Below, in pieces: positions 14,871 through 28,961 of a stretch of DNA of 64,000 bases. The notes below the pieces were generated by a model. The model had not been told where the DNA came from and did not search any database. It was given only the letters and a program-made list of their open reading frames with translations. The position numbers and the translations under genes are program-made. The DNA is taken from positions 4,154,001 to 4,218,000 of the forward strand of contig CM120645.1 of NCBI GenBank assembly GCA_051362555.1, read 5' to 3'. How positions within the stretch are numbered: position 1 is the stretch's first letter; each line of letters opens with the position of its first letter. This stretch comes from Lingula anatina (lineage: Eukaryota; Animalia; Brachiopoda).

Positions 14871-15257
14871 GTGAGTACTTCACAAATGAGTATTTTCTGA
14901 GGGCAACGTGGAATTCTGTGTTTTTCTAATTCAATTCTGATGGTTCCTGAGATTTGTCAAGGTCTGCAATAAATCTGGTTCAGATTATTTATTTATTTTT
15001 ATTTTTTAATCTGGAGAGAATCAATAAAGAAAGGAAAATATTGAAAGTGAAATGTGAGAAATATGAATAATGCAGTGGAGCAAATGAAAATGAAAGGAAT
15101 CTTGGGGGAAAAAAGGGGGAGTATTGAAAGTGAAAGTGAGATACTTTTTAGAGAGGATGATTGGTTTAAATGGGACAGCTGAACTTTGAACATCCTGATG
15201 GATTGAGGTATTAAAATAACCCAAAATATGAGAAGAAAGAAATTCTCAATTGTCATT

Positions 15258-15325
<68 letters not shown>

Positions 15326-15658
15326 TCCCTGACAATAAGATGTGCTTTGGGCTACGACCTAATTGTGCAGGTGTTCTGCATACAAGCACACCTGGCTGAA
15401 TACTTTGAATGTGTAAGAGAAGAAAAGGTTATATGTATTTCTAATTGCCCACATTGTTTTGTCTGACCTTAAAATGGTCTTACCTGTATAAACCTAGGGT
15501 TCTCTACCATTATCATGCCATTAGAAATTCTTCAGTATTGAATTGGCATAAACAGTACAGTTATGATGGGGAAATCAGATTTCAAAAAAAAAAAATAATA
15601 ATAACAAATAAATGAAAAGGAAACACTATTCAGACAGCTTTCTCTTTTCTCACTGCAG

Positions 15659-15813
15659 GATGATGCAAGAATGCTGTTCTCGCTGGCGGGCTCTGACGAC
15701 GGCGAGCTTTCCCCAGACTTGGCGGCTGTGATGAAGAGACTATGGAAGGACTCCGGGGTCCAGGAGTGCTTTAGTCGGTCCAGGGAGTACCAGCTCAATG
15801 ACTCAGCAGAATA
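15659..15813 (+). CDS. GNAI: G-alpha-i exon 4 ([11 protein letters not shown]...[13 protein letters not shown])
   Basis: ctgcag acceptor, gtaagt donor, helical-domain motif [11 protein letters not shown]. Confidence 0.96.
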
Positions 15814-16019
15814 GTAAGTGAGATAGTCATGCATGAGATATGACTGCATGAATTCATGCATTTCTAAATTGATGAAACAAATCAAACCTTGAGCTCATGT
15901 AAATTTATGTACCCTTTGCTTTGAAATGTTTAAAGGCCTTTTGGGGGGGGGGGGGAGAATACATACTGTGAAGAAAGATAAATAAGTCATGATGGAACGA
16001 CCTAAATTGTAGATATTAA

Positions 16020-16175
<156 letters not shown>

Positions 16176-16467
16176 TGAGTTGAAGCTCAGTGGCTCTGAA
16201 CTTTGATTTTAAAAGAAAACAACTGAATTTAAATGTTGGTCCTTGTTTTAAAATCATAAACTTATGTCTGCTTTGACCTGGTGACAAATTGATAACTTTT
16301 TTATTTGGGGGGGGGCATGTAAAATAGATTCAATTGTTTCAATCACTACACTTTATTTTTCGGGGAGAGTAAGCCTCTTTTAAAAGAGATAAAAATTGTT
16401 TAAGTAGACCCCAGAGTGAGCCATTTAACAGCAGGAAGGCTCATAGTGCAGCTCTCTGCTTTTTCAG

Positions 16468-16597
16468 GATGTTTGATGTTGGAGGTCAAAGGTCAGAAAG
16501 AAAGAAATGGATCCACTGTTTTGAGGGCGTGACTGCCATCATCTTTATTGTCGCCATGAGCGAGTACGACCTCACACTGGCTGAGGATCAGGAGATG
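16468..16597 (+). CDS. GNAI: G-alpha-i exon 6 (switch II: [22 protein letters not shown])
   Basis: ttcag acceptor, gtaagc donor, 130 nt; matches the start of ORF 16469..16657. Confidence 0.97.
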
Positions 16598-17181
16598 GTA
16601 AGCTCTAGACATGTTTCACCCAAGAACTTTAGCCGGAAAACTGATCTATATTTTTAGAACAAAAGAAGGATCTGTTTAGATCAAGTATAAATCAGTAGCA
16701 GTCCAATTAAATAAAATACTGTGTATGTCGTATAACAGAATAAGTATGGCTATTATTTTAGACCAATACTGAGTTATTTTAGTGGACTAAATCGATGGCT
16801 GAAGTTCCTACCTGAAGCTCGTCCCTGTAAATCTTTTCATGAAGTCTGATATGATGGTGGAAAAATCATAATGTGGCATTTTTATTTTAATTTTGTTTGT
16901 CTTCAGCTTTTGGTTGCTTTACCCTGTTTTTTTACCAGCATTTTTATTATCTTTACCTACTTTTTGCTTTGAGAGTTCCAAAAAAGGAGTTGACATTTTT
17001 CTATCCTTCAGAACTATTCGACCTTTCTCATTAAAAAAGAATGTAATATAAAATACTTACGATATATGAAAGTGGTGGTTGTAACTTAAGATGTGTACAT
17101 TCCCATTTTGGGATCTAAGATTCTTACTCAATAAGTATTATTTTAGAAACCCTCGAAAAAATATTTAATTTTTTTTTCCAG

Positions 17182-17335
17182 AACCGTATGATGGAGAGCA
17201 TGAAGCTGTTTGATTCCATTTGTAACAATAAGTGGTTCACGGACACATCCATAATTCTTTTCCTCAACAAGAAAGATTTGTTCTCAGAGAAAATCAAAAA
17301 GTCACCGTTGAGCATCTGCTTCTCTGAGTATCAAG
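17182..17335 (+). CDS. GNAI: G-alpha-i exon 7 ([19 protein letters not shown]...LFLNKKD)
   Basis: ttccag acceptor, gtgagg donor, 154 nt, NKKD guanine-binding motif. Confidence 0.97.
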
Positions 17336-17494
17336 GTGAGGTTTGTATGCGTGTCTGTGTGCTGTGTATGCACATGTGGGACTGCATGTGGCAATACAAG
17401 TGTTTTTACAAGTGTAATTACTTTTATCTTTTTAATAGGCAGATACATAATTTTATCATCACAAAAATATTTCCGTATATCATTTGTGGTGATC

Positions 17495-18760
17495 TTTTTA
17501 TGTACAGACACAGATGTGTCTGTACATATAGCCGTCATCTGCATCTGTTGTCGCCGTCGCCGTCGTTGCCGTCGTCGCCGTGCACTTTTACCGATAACAC
17601 GATAAGTGGAAAAATATTTTTTCTTTTGGCTTGAAACTTACAGAACTGATGAATATTCATAATACGCAGGTCAAGTTCGAAAATCAGCATGATCGGGTCA
17701 CTTATAGGGAATTTATGCTGTTTTTTCACTTTTTTCAGCATATATGCAGCACCGATAACACCATAAATGGAAAACCATTTTACCTTTTGGCTTGAAACTT
17801 ACAGAACTGATGAATATTCATAATATGCAGGTCAAGTTCGAAAATTAGCGTGATTGGGTCATTTTTAGTAAATTTAAGCTATTTTTTCTCTTTTTTCAGC
17901 ATATATACAGCACCGATAACACCATAAATGGAAAACCATTTTACCTTTTGGCTTGAAACTTACCGAACTGATGAATATTCATAATACGCAGGTCAAGTTT
18001 GAAAATCAGCATGATTGGGTCATTTTTACTGAATTTAGGCTATTTTTATGTACAGACACAGATGTGTCTGTACATATAGCCATCATCTGCGTCTGTCGCC
18101 GCCGTCGTCGCCGTCGCCGTGCACTTTTACCGATAACACGATAAGTGGAAAACCATTTTACCTTTTGACTTGAAACTTGCAGAACTGATGAATATTCATA
18201 ATACGCAGGTCAAGTTCGAAAATCAGCATGATCGGGTCACTTTTAGGGAATTTATGCTGTTTTTTCACTTTTTTCAGCATATATACAGCACCGATAACAC
18301 GATAAGTGGAAAACCATTTTACCTTTTGACTTGAAACTTACAGAACTGATGAATATTCATAATACGCAGGTCAAGTTCGAAAATCAGCATGATCGGGTCA
18401 CTTTTAGGGAATTTATGCTGTTTTTTCACTTTTTTCAGCATATATGCAGCACCGATAACACGATAAGTGGAAAACCATTTTACCTTTTGACTTGAAACTT
18501 ACAGAACTGATGAATATTCATAATACGCAGGTCAAGTTCGAAAATCAGCATGATCGGGTCACTTTTAGGGAATTTATGCTGTTTTTTCACTTTTTTCAAT
18601 ATAAATGCAACACTGATAACACAATATAAGAAAAACGGATTGGCCAATTGTCATTATACTCACAGGAGTGGTCAATCTTACTAAAACGCAGGTTGAGTTC
18701 GAAAATCAGCATAATCGGGCCATTATTTTAGAAGTTATACTGTTTTTTTTTCACATTTCC
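17495..18760 (+). mobile_element. Helentron/HINE-like non-autonomous element(s) with a 161-bp internal tandem array
   Basis: T-run + hairpin TATGTACAGACACA-GA-TGTGTCTGTACATA + (GTCGCC)n, followed by 161-bp units (17591, 17752, 17913; 18130, 18291, 18452). Head repeated at ~18042; inverted copy at ~59030-59425. Confidence 0.75.
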
Positions 18761-19159
18761 TCAGATTCAATTATTAGGCATGTTAACAGTCTCATTATTT
18801 AACTAATAAGATGCCTAAAAGTGTTTGTTTGATATTTCCTGCATTTTTACAACATTGTTAGTTGATTATGTAAAAAACATGGTAAACTTGTTATCATGTA
18901 TTGTGTAATAAAGTGTCAAAAATGGAAATAAACTCATATCATTGCAGTTTGTCAGATGCATTCATCCACTATGTTCAGAATCTCAGAATGGAGGAAGTTG
19001 GACATTTAACACTGTTCTATTGATACTTTTCCCATCTCATCAATTTTCTTAGTTGGTCATATAAAAATGGCAGTAAAATGTTTATTTTGTTTTATGTTAA
19101 AAAAGTGTTAAAAATGGAAATAAACCCATTTCAGAACAGTGCTGTCTTGTTTACATTTT

Positions 19160-19840
19160 GGCATTTTCAAGGTGTGACTTTGAAGTTCCATGGGCCTAAA
19201 GACCTTTGCTAGTCACATTTTCTGAATATCTGTGATAAGCTGTTAAACATTATGTAATATTGCATCAAAATTTGAAGAAACCCCTATTTTGGGCACTGCT
19301 TCCATGATGACCATTTAAGGAAAATCATGTCACTTACTGTTCTCAAACTTACAGGAAAGAAACATGGGACTAAAATACAGCTTCAGTAGGCAATGCAGTC
19401 TGTTTGGTATTTTTATTTATTTATTTATTTATTTATTTATTATTTTTTTTTTTTGGCAGTTAAACAGTTTTTTGCGAAAATTTAATTTTTCACATATTGG
19501 CATTTTCAACTTAAAAGACTTTAAAGTTCCATGATCTTGAAGACTTTTGCTTGTCACATTTTCTGAATGTCCATGTTACTAATATTTTATTAATAACATT
19601 TGATTGTCATTATGCTGTTAAACATTATGTAAAGTTGCATCAAAATTTGAAGAAACCCCTATTTTGGGCACTGCTCCTATGCTGACCATTTAAGGGAAAT
19701 CATGTCACTTACTGTTCTCAAACTTACAGGAAAGAAACATGGGTCTAACATACAGCTTCAATAGGCAACGCAGTCTGTTTGGTAAATTTTTCTGGCAATT
19801 TAACAGTTTTTTGTGAAAATTTAATTTTTCACTTATTTGC
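19160..19840 (+). repeat. Two ~340-bp direct repeats
   Basis: GGCATTTTCAA...GTCACATTTTCTGAAT...GAAGAAACCCCTATTTTGGGCACTGC...CTTACAGGAAAGAAACATGGG occurs twice. Confidence 0.8.
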
Positions 19841-21249
19841 ATCTTTATTTTCTGTTCTTTGTCTGTACATTTGACAGCTTTGCTGCCTTGTTGCATAGAA
19901 TAGCCTGCCTCTTAATTTTGTTTCTATCACTCATTAGGAATGGTCTAATCTTAAGAAATTACAACTTAAAAATACAGAATCTGTAAAATTAACAAATTTC
20001 CTCCATTGAAAAGATGAGAAATTCCTGTGGGGGGTACTTATCTCTTTGGTCAAACAAATGTATTTTGTAATCTACATGTGTACATGTTGAGTGGGCCTAA
20101 AACGTACATTTTTCAAATTGTCATATAATATTTGGTTAAAACTGCTGTGCTAGTAAGAGACAAGGATGCCTATTGTTGATATTATATACATGTAAGTTTA
20201 AGCTTGGGCAATGAGGCCCTCATCTGGAGGATTTTCTATATATCTCTTACAGCAGTGCAAATACCTAGAATAACCTCCTGTTTTTTGCCTGGTAGCTCCA
20301 TAAGTGCACTTAGTGTATGATTAGATTAACTTTGGTATTATCTCTCCCCTTTTTTTCCTGTAGAAAAAAATCATTCAGATGCGTCTCCTGTCGTATTGAC
20401 TTTTTCTATAGCTGAAAGTTGTGAATGATTTATGTCACAGCTGAGAATAGGCAGGCTTGTGGATTGAAGTGATTTTTCCTGAAAAGGATGTCATCACTGC
20501 GTTGATTCTGTCCAATTTGATAAAGTGAAAGGAAACATATTCATGGAAGTGACATGTGGCAAATACTCGGCTAAATCCAGGTTAAATCAAGTTCTTAGAA
20601 AGTTGAGGCTCTGTATGGAAAATGTGTTAAAATGTGCTGTAAACACACATTGTCAACTGTTTAATAGTGTGTTAATGAGTGAAACTGAATTTTGGAAGTG
20701 GAATATATCATGTGACAAGGTGTCATTAGGGCTAATTTGATTCTTTGTAATCGGGGCTTCAGCTGATTCTCAGAAATAACATGATTATTCCATAGAAGTA
20801 GTAAATATCAACCAACCTTGACTCTTCTCCGGATGAGCTATTTGTTTTTGTCAAGCTAATCTGAGGCTTAAAGTTATTTATTTATAGATTATGTATGTTT
20901 TGCTAGCATGAAGGCTTCGTAAAGCTCTGTATTGAGTTCAGACATGAGCTTTTTCTGCTGAAAAGTGGAATTTCGTGTTTTTTAATTCAATTCTGATGGT
21001 TCCTGAGATTCGTCAAGGTTAGGTGTTGGGTCCCATGATAAATGTTCAGAGGGTTTTTTTTTTAAACCTAGGCTCATGTTTGTGTTGTGTTCATTCTAGA
21101 CACTCATCCAGGATGTTAGAATTAGAGTCAGTGAAAAAGAAAAGCATGATGTATTAAATGTATAACTACTTGCCAGATCTCATTCTTTTCTGTTGCTGTA
21201 AAAATGAGATTTGATCTTTTGGGTAACATCAATTAAGGACTTTTTCAAA

Positions 21250-21326
<77 letters not shown>

Positions 21327-21935
21327 CCAGTAATATTATAAGATTTCAAAGCACTGAGTAATGAATGTTTTATTCTGCCTGTAGGATAAACATATGGTGT
21401 TCTTGGTAAGATCACAGAGGCTGTGACCTTACTGAGTAAGATGTACTCATGGTTATATCTTGGTAAATGATAGTCACAAAAGTATGTTTGGCTAAAAGAA
21501 AATATTTTTCTCAACAAAATGTGATATGGGCCATTTTTTGTTGATATTGTGGAAGTTTGATTTTTTTAAAAGGCTAGAATGCCCCAGTTATTGAATATTT
21601 GGGTATGAGCCCTGGAGAGGTGACCTCGTGTGTGTCAGGTGACACAAGCCCTTAAGCGACCTCTAACCAAGTGCATTTGATACAAGTCCCAGTGTGGGTT
21701 TTCATTGAATTATGAAATGTTTGTGCACCTGGTTTTCCTGCATGTTGCACTACATCACAGGTGTTGTTGTGAAACACAGTCATGTCCAGGAAGTGACACT
21801 GTTAATTGTCCTTAGGCGGATAGGGTGCATTTGTTTGCATGTTTGTGTTTTCCTAAAAAATATTTCCCTATTTTTGCCATGGATAATATTACTTACAATG
21901 CTGAGAAACACATTCATTGACTTGCCTGTATTTTA

Positions 21936-22002
<67 letters not shown>

Positions 22003-22053
22003 AGAACAATACTATATACTGAATAAATGAGTTATAACTTTCCATCACTTCAG

Positions 22054-22244
22054 GTCCAAACACATACGAAGATGCAGCGGCATACATACAGCTTCAATTT
22101 GAGAAACTGAACAAGCGTGCAGAAACTAAAGACATCTATTGCCACTTCACGTGTGCCACAGACACCAACAACGTGCAGTTCGTATTTGACGCTGTCACAG
22201 ATGTGATCATCAAGAATAACCTGAAGGACTGTGGTCTTTTCTAA
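22054..22244 (+). CDS. GNAI: G-alpha-i exon 8, C-terminus (HFTCATDT...[12 protein letters not shown])
   Basis: cttcag acceptor; TCAT motif; the KDCGLF end with Cys at -4 indicates Gi rather than Go (GCGLY); TAA at 22242-22244. Confidence 0.97.
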
Positions 22245-24096
22245 AACAAAAGGTAAGCAAGTTGGACACAAAAATAGAAAAAACTTTCTAATCTTTTGCA
22301 AAGACCATAAAAATTTAGTCTTCGTTTTATTTAAGACTGTTTGAAATGTTTGTAAAATTAAAATTTGGTATGAACATGATAAGTTGGCCATTTAACTTGG
22401 TTGTCATTAAACTCAAAGGCCTTTAGTAGTTGTGTACAGGCCATTTGTGATGATTTAACTTAGTTCAACTTTTTCTTTCAAGGAAATTGGCCATTGGAAA
22501 CCAAGACATCTTTGCCAAGAACTTTTAATGAGACAGTATCAGTGGATGTCACCTTTTTCTTCACGTTGCTTGCTGAGCTTCATGGAGAATTTTTCCCTGA
22601 CCTTACCAAAAGAGGTCATTGACATTAGGAACAGGTTCAGAGGATTAATAGACAGGGAAAATGGATTGATACTATTTTAAGCTTTAGCTGACACATTTTT
22701 TTCTTAACTGAGAATTACGCTTACCAGTTTGATTGAACATTCACTTAATATTATTTAAAAGAAGGGCACAATCAAGTCTTTGGATAATTGAAGGATGCAG
22801 AACATAGATAAAAGGTTCTGAAATGTTTTGGGAGATACTATTTCTGCACTGGCAAGGTAGACAATTGAGGACCAATTCGATTATGGTTTGTGACTATTAA
22901 GAAAGACCTATAACCATACAATTTGTATATATCAATAAAGGAAACTTGATTTTACTTTAAAGTAAAAAAAAAAAAAATTAAATTGTGGGATGACTGTGCA
23001 TTGTGCATGTAGGATTTGGATGACGTGAGTCTTTGTAATTATTTTCCCCTGCTGGCAAATACAGAAATTGACATCCATTGTTTATGACTTGGTCTGGTTA
23101 CTTTGTTAAATGCAAGATTGAGCTCATTGAGACTATTATTGCTAACATCTTTTCAAAACTGTTGTGCTGTGTTTGAGTCTATAGTTGGTACCATCTTTAC
23201 TTCATAATAGAATATAGATTCGTATATAAATTTAGGCGTGTGTTTCTTTTTTAAACAGCTAATTTTTCTTGGGCTTTTGGATACTGTTATTTCAGAATCC
23301 GGTCTTGGGGGAAAAATTCATCAAAGTGCAAAATGGACAATGAGGTTTCAGAATAGCACCAATATTTTGTTAAGGTATTTGTAATTATTACCTAGTCTGA
23401 TAATGGCCAAGATGCCTGAAGGACTATTTTTGTATATACCATGAACTGTACTTACTGGTCTCTGAGCAATTTACTCCATTGTATCTGCTTGTTTTGAATA
23501 CTGTTATTCTTCTTAATCTTGGTATTTGTGTCATGGTCACTGAAAATGCTATGGGAACAGTTGTATTTCACAAAATGGCTGTCATGGTAACCATCAAGGT
23601 TGTCAAGGAAATCATGGTTGCCATGTGATTGTGTAAGTGTGAATTAGAATGACCTGTTTCATTCACTTTACAAAGAAATAAGACTATACCTCTTGTATTT
23701 TAGCATGGATATTTCTTGCAGCTTGACTCTAGTCCCATTTAATGGTATCTGATATATTTCAACAAAATTAATTTTGTACGACAAATCTCATCCTTAAGAT
23801 AACTTCAGCAGTAAGGATAGATGGTTTGAGAAAATATTTTTCTGAATTTTTTACATTTGTGTAAGACATCTACATGCAAGCAGCCTGTGCACACCAAATT
23901 TTGAGTCTCTCTCTCTCCTATGAAATATAATAATGTTATATTATCTATTTAAAGATACATAGCTTTTAATCCTAATGTTGTAAGCAAATCGGGCATTTTT
24001 GTATGTATTGTGAATACTAGACTGATGGAAAGAGTGTACAAAGCTTTTGTATAGTTATGTGTTGGTATTCATGTTGATCTTGTAGGCTAATTATGT

Positions 24097-24102
24097 AATA
24101 AA
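24097..24102 (+). terminator. Probable polyadenylation signal of G-alpha-i
   Basis: AATAAA followed by a GT/T-rich tract at the end of a long T-rich UTR-like segment. Confidence 0.45.
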
Positions 24103-26607
24103 TTGTGAAGGAATTTCAGTGGTCAGTTTTTATTTCATTTTAGAAAAAAAAGCATTATCAAAAAAAAGGGGGGGATAATGCAATAATATGCAGAAAGAAT
24201 GCAAATGGCTTCTTTTTGTTTACAAAAATTATTTTGGAAATTTAATGCTTACCTTGATCTCCTAGGCGCAACATATCTAAAAACCCATTGGTAAAATTAT
24301 GAGAATTAATCCCTAAGGGTATATTTTGGTTGTTAATTTTCTAATAGATATGAGGACAGGTGAACTTCACTTGTATTGGTAAAATAGCAATTGAGAACTT
24401 GAAAGGCTTATAGCCTGTTTTCTGAACTACTTAAGTGATGAAGGGGAGGGTGATGTTTGCGGAATGGATTTATTTATTTTCTACGCATTACATTAATTGA
24501 ATGGTGTGAAAATTTAATGAGGGTCACCTCCACGGGAGAGGTGTCCACAGTAACGAATATTCAGGAACATAAAAACGTGCAAAAATTATAACTGCGATGT
24601 TTACTGTGGGCCGAGGAACGATCGAACTTCTCATAAAGTGCCTTAAAAGACTCAAGAGTTGGGCGTGCTTCTTACATGTAATGCTGTAATATTTATAAAT
24701 GAATGAATGTATAAGATTTCCAGACTTGACAATCCGTTTTAAGATGGCCAAAAAATAAACACATTTGACTTTTTTTTTATTTTACAAGATGACTTGATAT
24801 CAAATGATCAGCGGTAGAAATGAGATTATGTAGGCCCAATGAATGAACCCAAGAAAATCAGTTTCCGGGTTGCGTTAGAGAAGACAAGATGTGATTTTTT
24901 TTCCCAGGCTACAACTATTTTGCAATCATGAATTGAATTATAAATGGCACGTTGTCAAATTTCAACAAAATGGAAAAATAGATGGCTGTTATGGGTGAAA
25001 AGATGCAAAATTAAACTCTGATATTCTCGATAATACCACTTTATAGCTAAGAACTTTTAAAAATCTGACTTACAACCTTGATCTGGCTTTTACCAATGGA
25101 GACCATGCTGATAAATCTTACCTAACAAAATATTCAGTGAACAATCATCAATGGCTTCCCTTAAAATGAACACCAAATTAAATCACCATCTTCCACTTTA
25201 GCTCTGATTCGCACGAAAGGGACTTCTTCAGAGAAGACCAAAAAAATGAGCTTTCATGTCAGTACATTTTAATCGGAACACTCAAAGAATTTCATTTTTA
25301 TGATATTCCCACTGATTCCACTTAGAAAGAATCCCCCGCAGACTTGGACCAACCCAGCTGGTGTATGATGTCTGAATCTGAATGCGTCTGTAACAGCATT
25401 AAACTTCTTTATTGACTTTTGGCTTAATTATTGCTACAAGTGTCGTTGCTGAAAATAAACAATAAGTGAAACAGCAACTACTTAATTACATACACTTATT
25501 TCTGTACAGTTCTTATAATTACCAAATGCAAACCAGAACTTTTAATCTTATCATAACTGTAAAGTAACTTTATACATTAGTAATAACATAGGTTCTGTTG
25601 TTTAATCTTACATGAACGTTTGGCCTCTTAAACCCTTAAACTTGACGCTGGACTACAACCAAAGTTCCTTGTCTGTAATAAAGCATAACCTTAATAAAGC
25701 ATTGTACGTACTTTAATACTTTACAGGTAAAAACTAATGCTACGGAGGAGATTGTGCTTGTTGCGCCCTGCCAATAAATGTACAATCAAGTTTTAGAACA
25801 CGTGTTTCAAAGCTCACCTTAAGTACCTCTTAAAGTTTCTTTAAATGTAAATACTGAACTATGTAGACAGACATAACTGGGTGGCACTAATAATACAAAA
25901 TATCTAACACTATCCAATCACTGTGGGCTGTTTACTTTACATATGCAAGGAATGTGGTATTTTCTAGAACTAGTTTCTTTTACAGGATGCCACCATTCAT
26001 CGGGCGTTAACTCCATACATACATTCTAAACTACGCTAAGCTATGAGCGGATTTTGGCACAGTTATCTCTTTAAAGTTTATACATTAACAATGAAAACGT
26101 GCCTTGACATTTGACAGGTTTCCACTTAATTTTAGCAGGGAATTATGATTTTAGCAAACAGCAAACGCGCATTGACTGTTGATGCCCATTGCAACATACA
26201 TATAGATTCTGGAAACCTTACATATGAATGCGTTCGTCTAAAATGATCCAAACTAAAGTACACTCGCCCATGTAGCACGATGTAACAGAAGAAAAATGTT
26301 TATCCCACCATTAAAATCAATAACATAAAAAATGTCTAGGAAAAAACATATAGAAAACAATTTTAATGCGAAATATTTATGTTGCGCTCTAAACCTAAGG
26401 ATGCGCAATGTCCGCGTGCAAAAAAAAAACATCCTTTCTCAACTAATGCAATGTAATTCTGACTTAACAGCGTCCTTACATTTTTAATAAACCCCACTCT
26501 ATACTGTTACGTAAGTTTACAAAATCCCGTAATTTCAGGTGCCCCCCCCCGCCCCCCCCCCAACCCCCCCCCCCACGCTCCGTTCCGCTCCGATGTTCTA
26601 CTCCTCC

Positions 26608-26952
26608 TTACCAGACAACAAAATTTAAGTATTCGTGGCTGGACACATCACTGGGACGTAGGTCATTTCCAGTGCCATTCATTCTGCGATTCTGCGCCCC
26701 AGGAAGAGCGTATCTAACATCGGCGTCCAAGAAAGGGGTGTAAGTATCTTCAATTTCGCCTCTGATCCCACCGTTCTCTCGGTCATCGATCGCTAGTGGC
26801 GTGTAGATTTGAGTCGCATCTCGACAGGTCTCGCCTAGAGCACGGTAAGGGCCAGAGAACTCAATGCCCGGATGTCCTGATCTATATGTACACAGAGGAT
26901 TGTTTTGCGAGCCACGATCATCGACTCTGTTGCCGTTTGTCTCGGAGTCATT
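26608..26952 (-). CDS. Type-I membrane protein, exon 5 (cytoplasmic tail with YRAL, YTPL, YTPF, YALP, YLNF)
   Basis: tttcag acceptor, 115 open codons ending ...HEYLNFVVW-TAA, GC content higher than flanks. Confidence 0.75.
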   Translation of the reverse strand, partial: NDSETNGNRVDDRGSQNNPLCTYRSGHPGIEFSGPYRALGETCRDATQIYTPLAIDDRENGGIRGEIEDTYTPFLDADVRYALPGAQNRRMNGTGNDLRPSDVSSHEYLNFVVW

Positions 26953-27207
26953 CTGAAACGGACGTCAAGGCAATATGATCCAAATTGCTTTATAAATAAG
27001 AAAACCAGATGACCTGACTCTGACTGACCCTGGTCTCTGGCTGCTAGTTTGGAAATATTGCAAACTACACTTCGGGAATACGCATTCCAAATGCTTTAAA
27101 GTATTGCTTATGCGGTTTCTAGGGACTTTAATGTTGATGCATTTATTGGGAGGGAAAAGGATAAAAGCGCATGCTTAGTATGATATTGAAACAGCTATGT
27201 CGCCTAC

Positions 27208-27247
27208 CAGATTTGAACCTGGAACATTTGGATCATTCTGATGTTTT
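27208..27247 (-). CDS. Type-I membrane protein, exon 4 (KHQNDPNVPGSNL)
   Basis: ttttcag acceptor, gtaggc donor; 40 nt converts phase 2 to phase 0 exactly as the flanking exons require. Confidence 0.7.
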
Positions 27248-27595
27248 CTGAAAATCAATTTGAATAACAGTTTATTTGATGGATATTCACTTCTTTTATG
27301 TTTCTTCTAATGAAAACTAGCTCTCAACTTAAAATGATTCACCTTCTTCAAATATTTGGTTGTAAACTTCAACTATCTATCAGTTCGTAAAAGTCCGCTT
27401 AATAATCTAGTGATGTCTGAACATTAGGCTGCTGCACTACAATAGCATGAATATCAAAATAAAACTTGAAAACAGCCAAGGGTTAAATATAGGCCAATTA
27501 GATAGAATTATGCTATATCAAGCTATATGGTGGCATTTGGTCCAGTTAAGTGACAAAGACTTGACTTCATATGTAATTGAATATTGTGCACGCAC

Positions 27596-27728
27596 CTTTG
27601 CCTGCAGTCGTAAATAACATATATCACAGCTACTGCAATCAACACACCACCAATCACACACCCAGCGATTTCGCCGGCGTGCGGGAAGGCGGAAGTAGGT
27701 CTGCCAACTGCCGACAAACTGGGTACAT
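27596..27728 (-). CDS. Type-I membrane protein, exon 3 (stalk + TM IAGCVIGGVLIAVAVIYVIY + CRQR)
   Basis: ctccag acceptor, gtgcg donor, phase 1-2; TM helix followed by basic stop-transfer residues. Confidence 0.8.
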
Positions 27729-28110
27729 CTGGAGGGCAAAAATATACAACATATATTACAGAATACAGGTTTAGGCCTACTACAGTACTTTTATTCACCG
27801 GAACAAATTTCCAAAATTGGAAGTAACGATTTATTCGGTGGAGCGTGGATTCCCAGTAACACATGTAAACCACTTCTACTACATGTAGTTTCTTATATGA
27901 CTCAAATAAATTCAACAAGCCAAGGGATAAACTGAACTGATCACTTGATCAGCCATAAAAAAGCTCTCGACTGCTCCTTTCTTTAACTTTTTGGTCGGAA
28001 AATTAACCTTCTTTCGTGACCTACTTTTCTGCCCCATTAACATACAGCATAGAATGCTAGTAGAAAAATCCGTTTAAACATCATTTTCGGAAAAAATTAA
28101 ACAATGCCTT

Positions 28111-28961
28111 TTGGTAATTCTCTTAGTTATACTACTTGAAACTATATGCTGGCATTTGGTTGGTTTTTGTGACAAAAAATTGACTTTGTATGCATCTTTA
28201 AATACGAAATCGAATCTTCTACAATTATTGCAGCACAACTTTTCCCGTTTTCTTTCATATTCCATTGATCATTTGAGCCTACATAAAATGACCCATGCAT
28301 CAAAAAGACAAGAGCAAATCTATTTTTCAATGGCAGATGCTATTTTAGTATTTATCTCAGATAATGGTTTGGATTTCATTAAGGTTATTGGGCTTATTGA
28401 TCATGATAACAATTGGCCTAGATATCAAAGTCAGGCGATTGTACTAATAGTGGCTTAATGAAAAAGACACGTGGTAACGATGTTTTTCCAACTATTTCGT
28501 ATTGGTCATTAGATACCACAACAAAGCCAAATAGTAACCCGAAGGAACTGATTTCCACAGATCCAACAACATTTATTATTTTGATATTGCAGATTGTAAT
28601 TACTATTATTATTTTGATTTTCATCTTGGAACAAATCTGGAGAAGATATTTTAAATCAAAAAGAAAAACTTCAGTTTTGGAGATTTCTAACAATGAACAT
28701 TGCATATCAATTCCAATCAAAAATCTATCAGCTTGTCCAAAATACTGGGTTTTTCAAAGTGATCATTTTTCTTTTGATATTTTAAGAGTTGAAGGAATTT
28801 ATAGACCATATCTACTGATAAATTGGCATGGTTTTCAAGTTATAAACCTCTTAAATGGAAAGACCATTACTTTGAAAGAAGCTATCCCGTTGAAAATGTT
28901 TACAGCATTTCGCCTAAGGAGATTACTCAAAAGCGAATATAATGCGTTTTTTGTGTATTAA
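28111..28961 (+). pseudogene. env-like ORF remnant (ectodomain end, TM helix, cytoplasmic tail), frameshifted
   Basis: HNFSRFLSYSIDHLSLHK...IYFSMADAIL, then TM (FIILILQIVITIIILIFIL) and LEISN..C..I...CP...G...P.L.I.W tail. Resembles, from recall, env-like ORF3 of invertebrate Gypsy elements; not verified by search. Confidence 0.5.

Noticed and set aside
14395-15304. ORFs with YIYIYI or CVCVCV runs (also 21245 and 62368)
   Set aside because: Translations of (TA)n and (CA)n microsatellites
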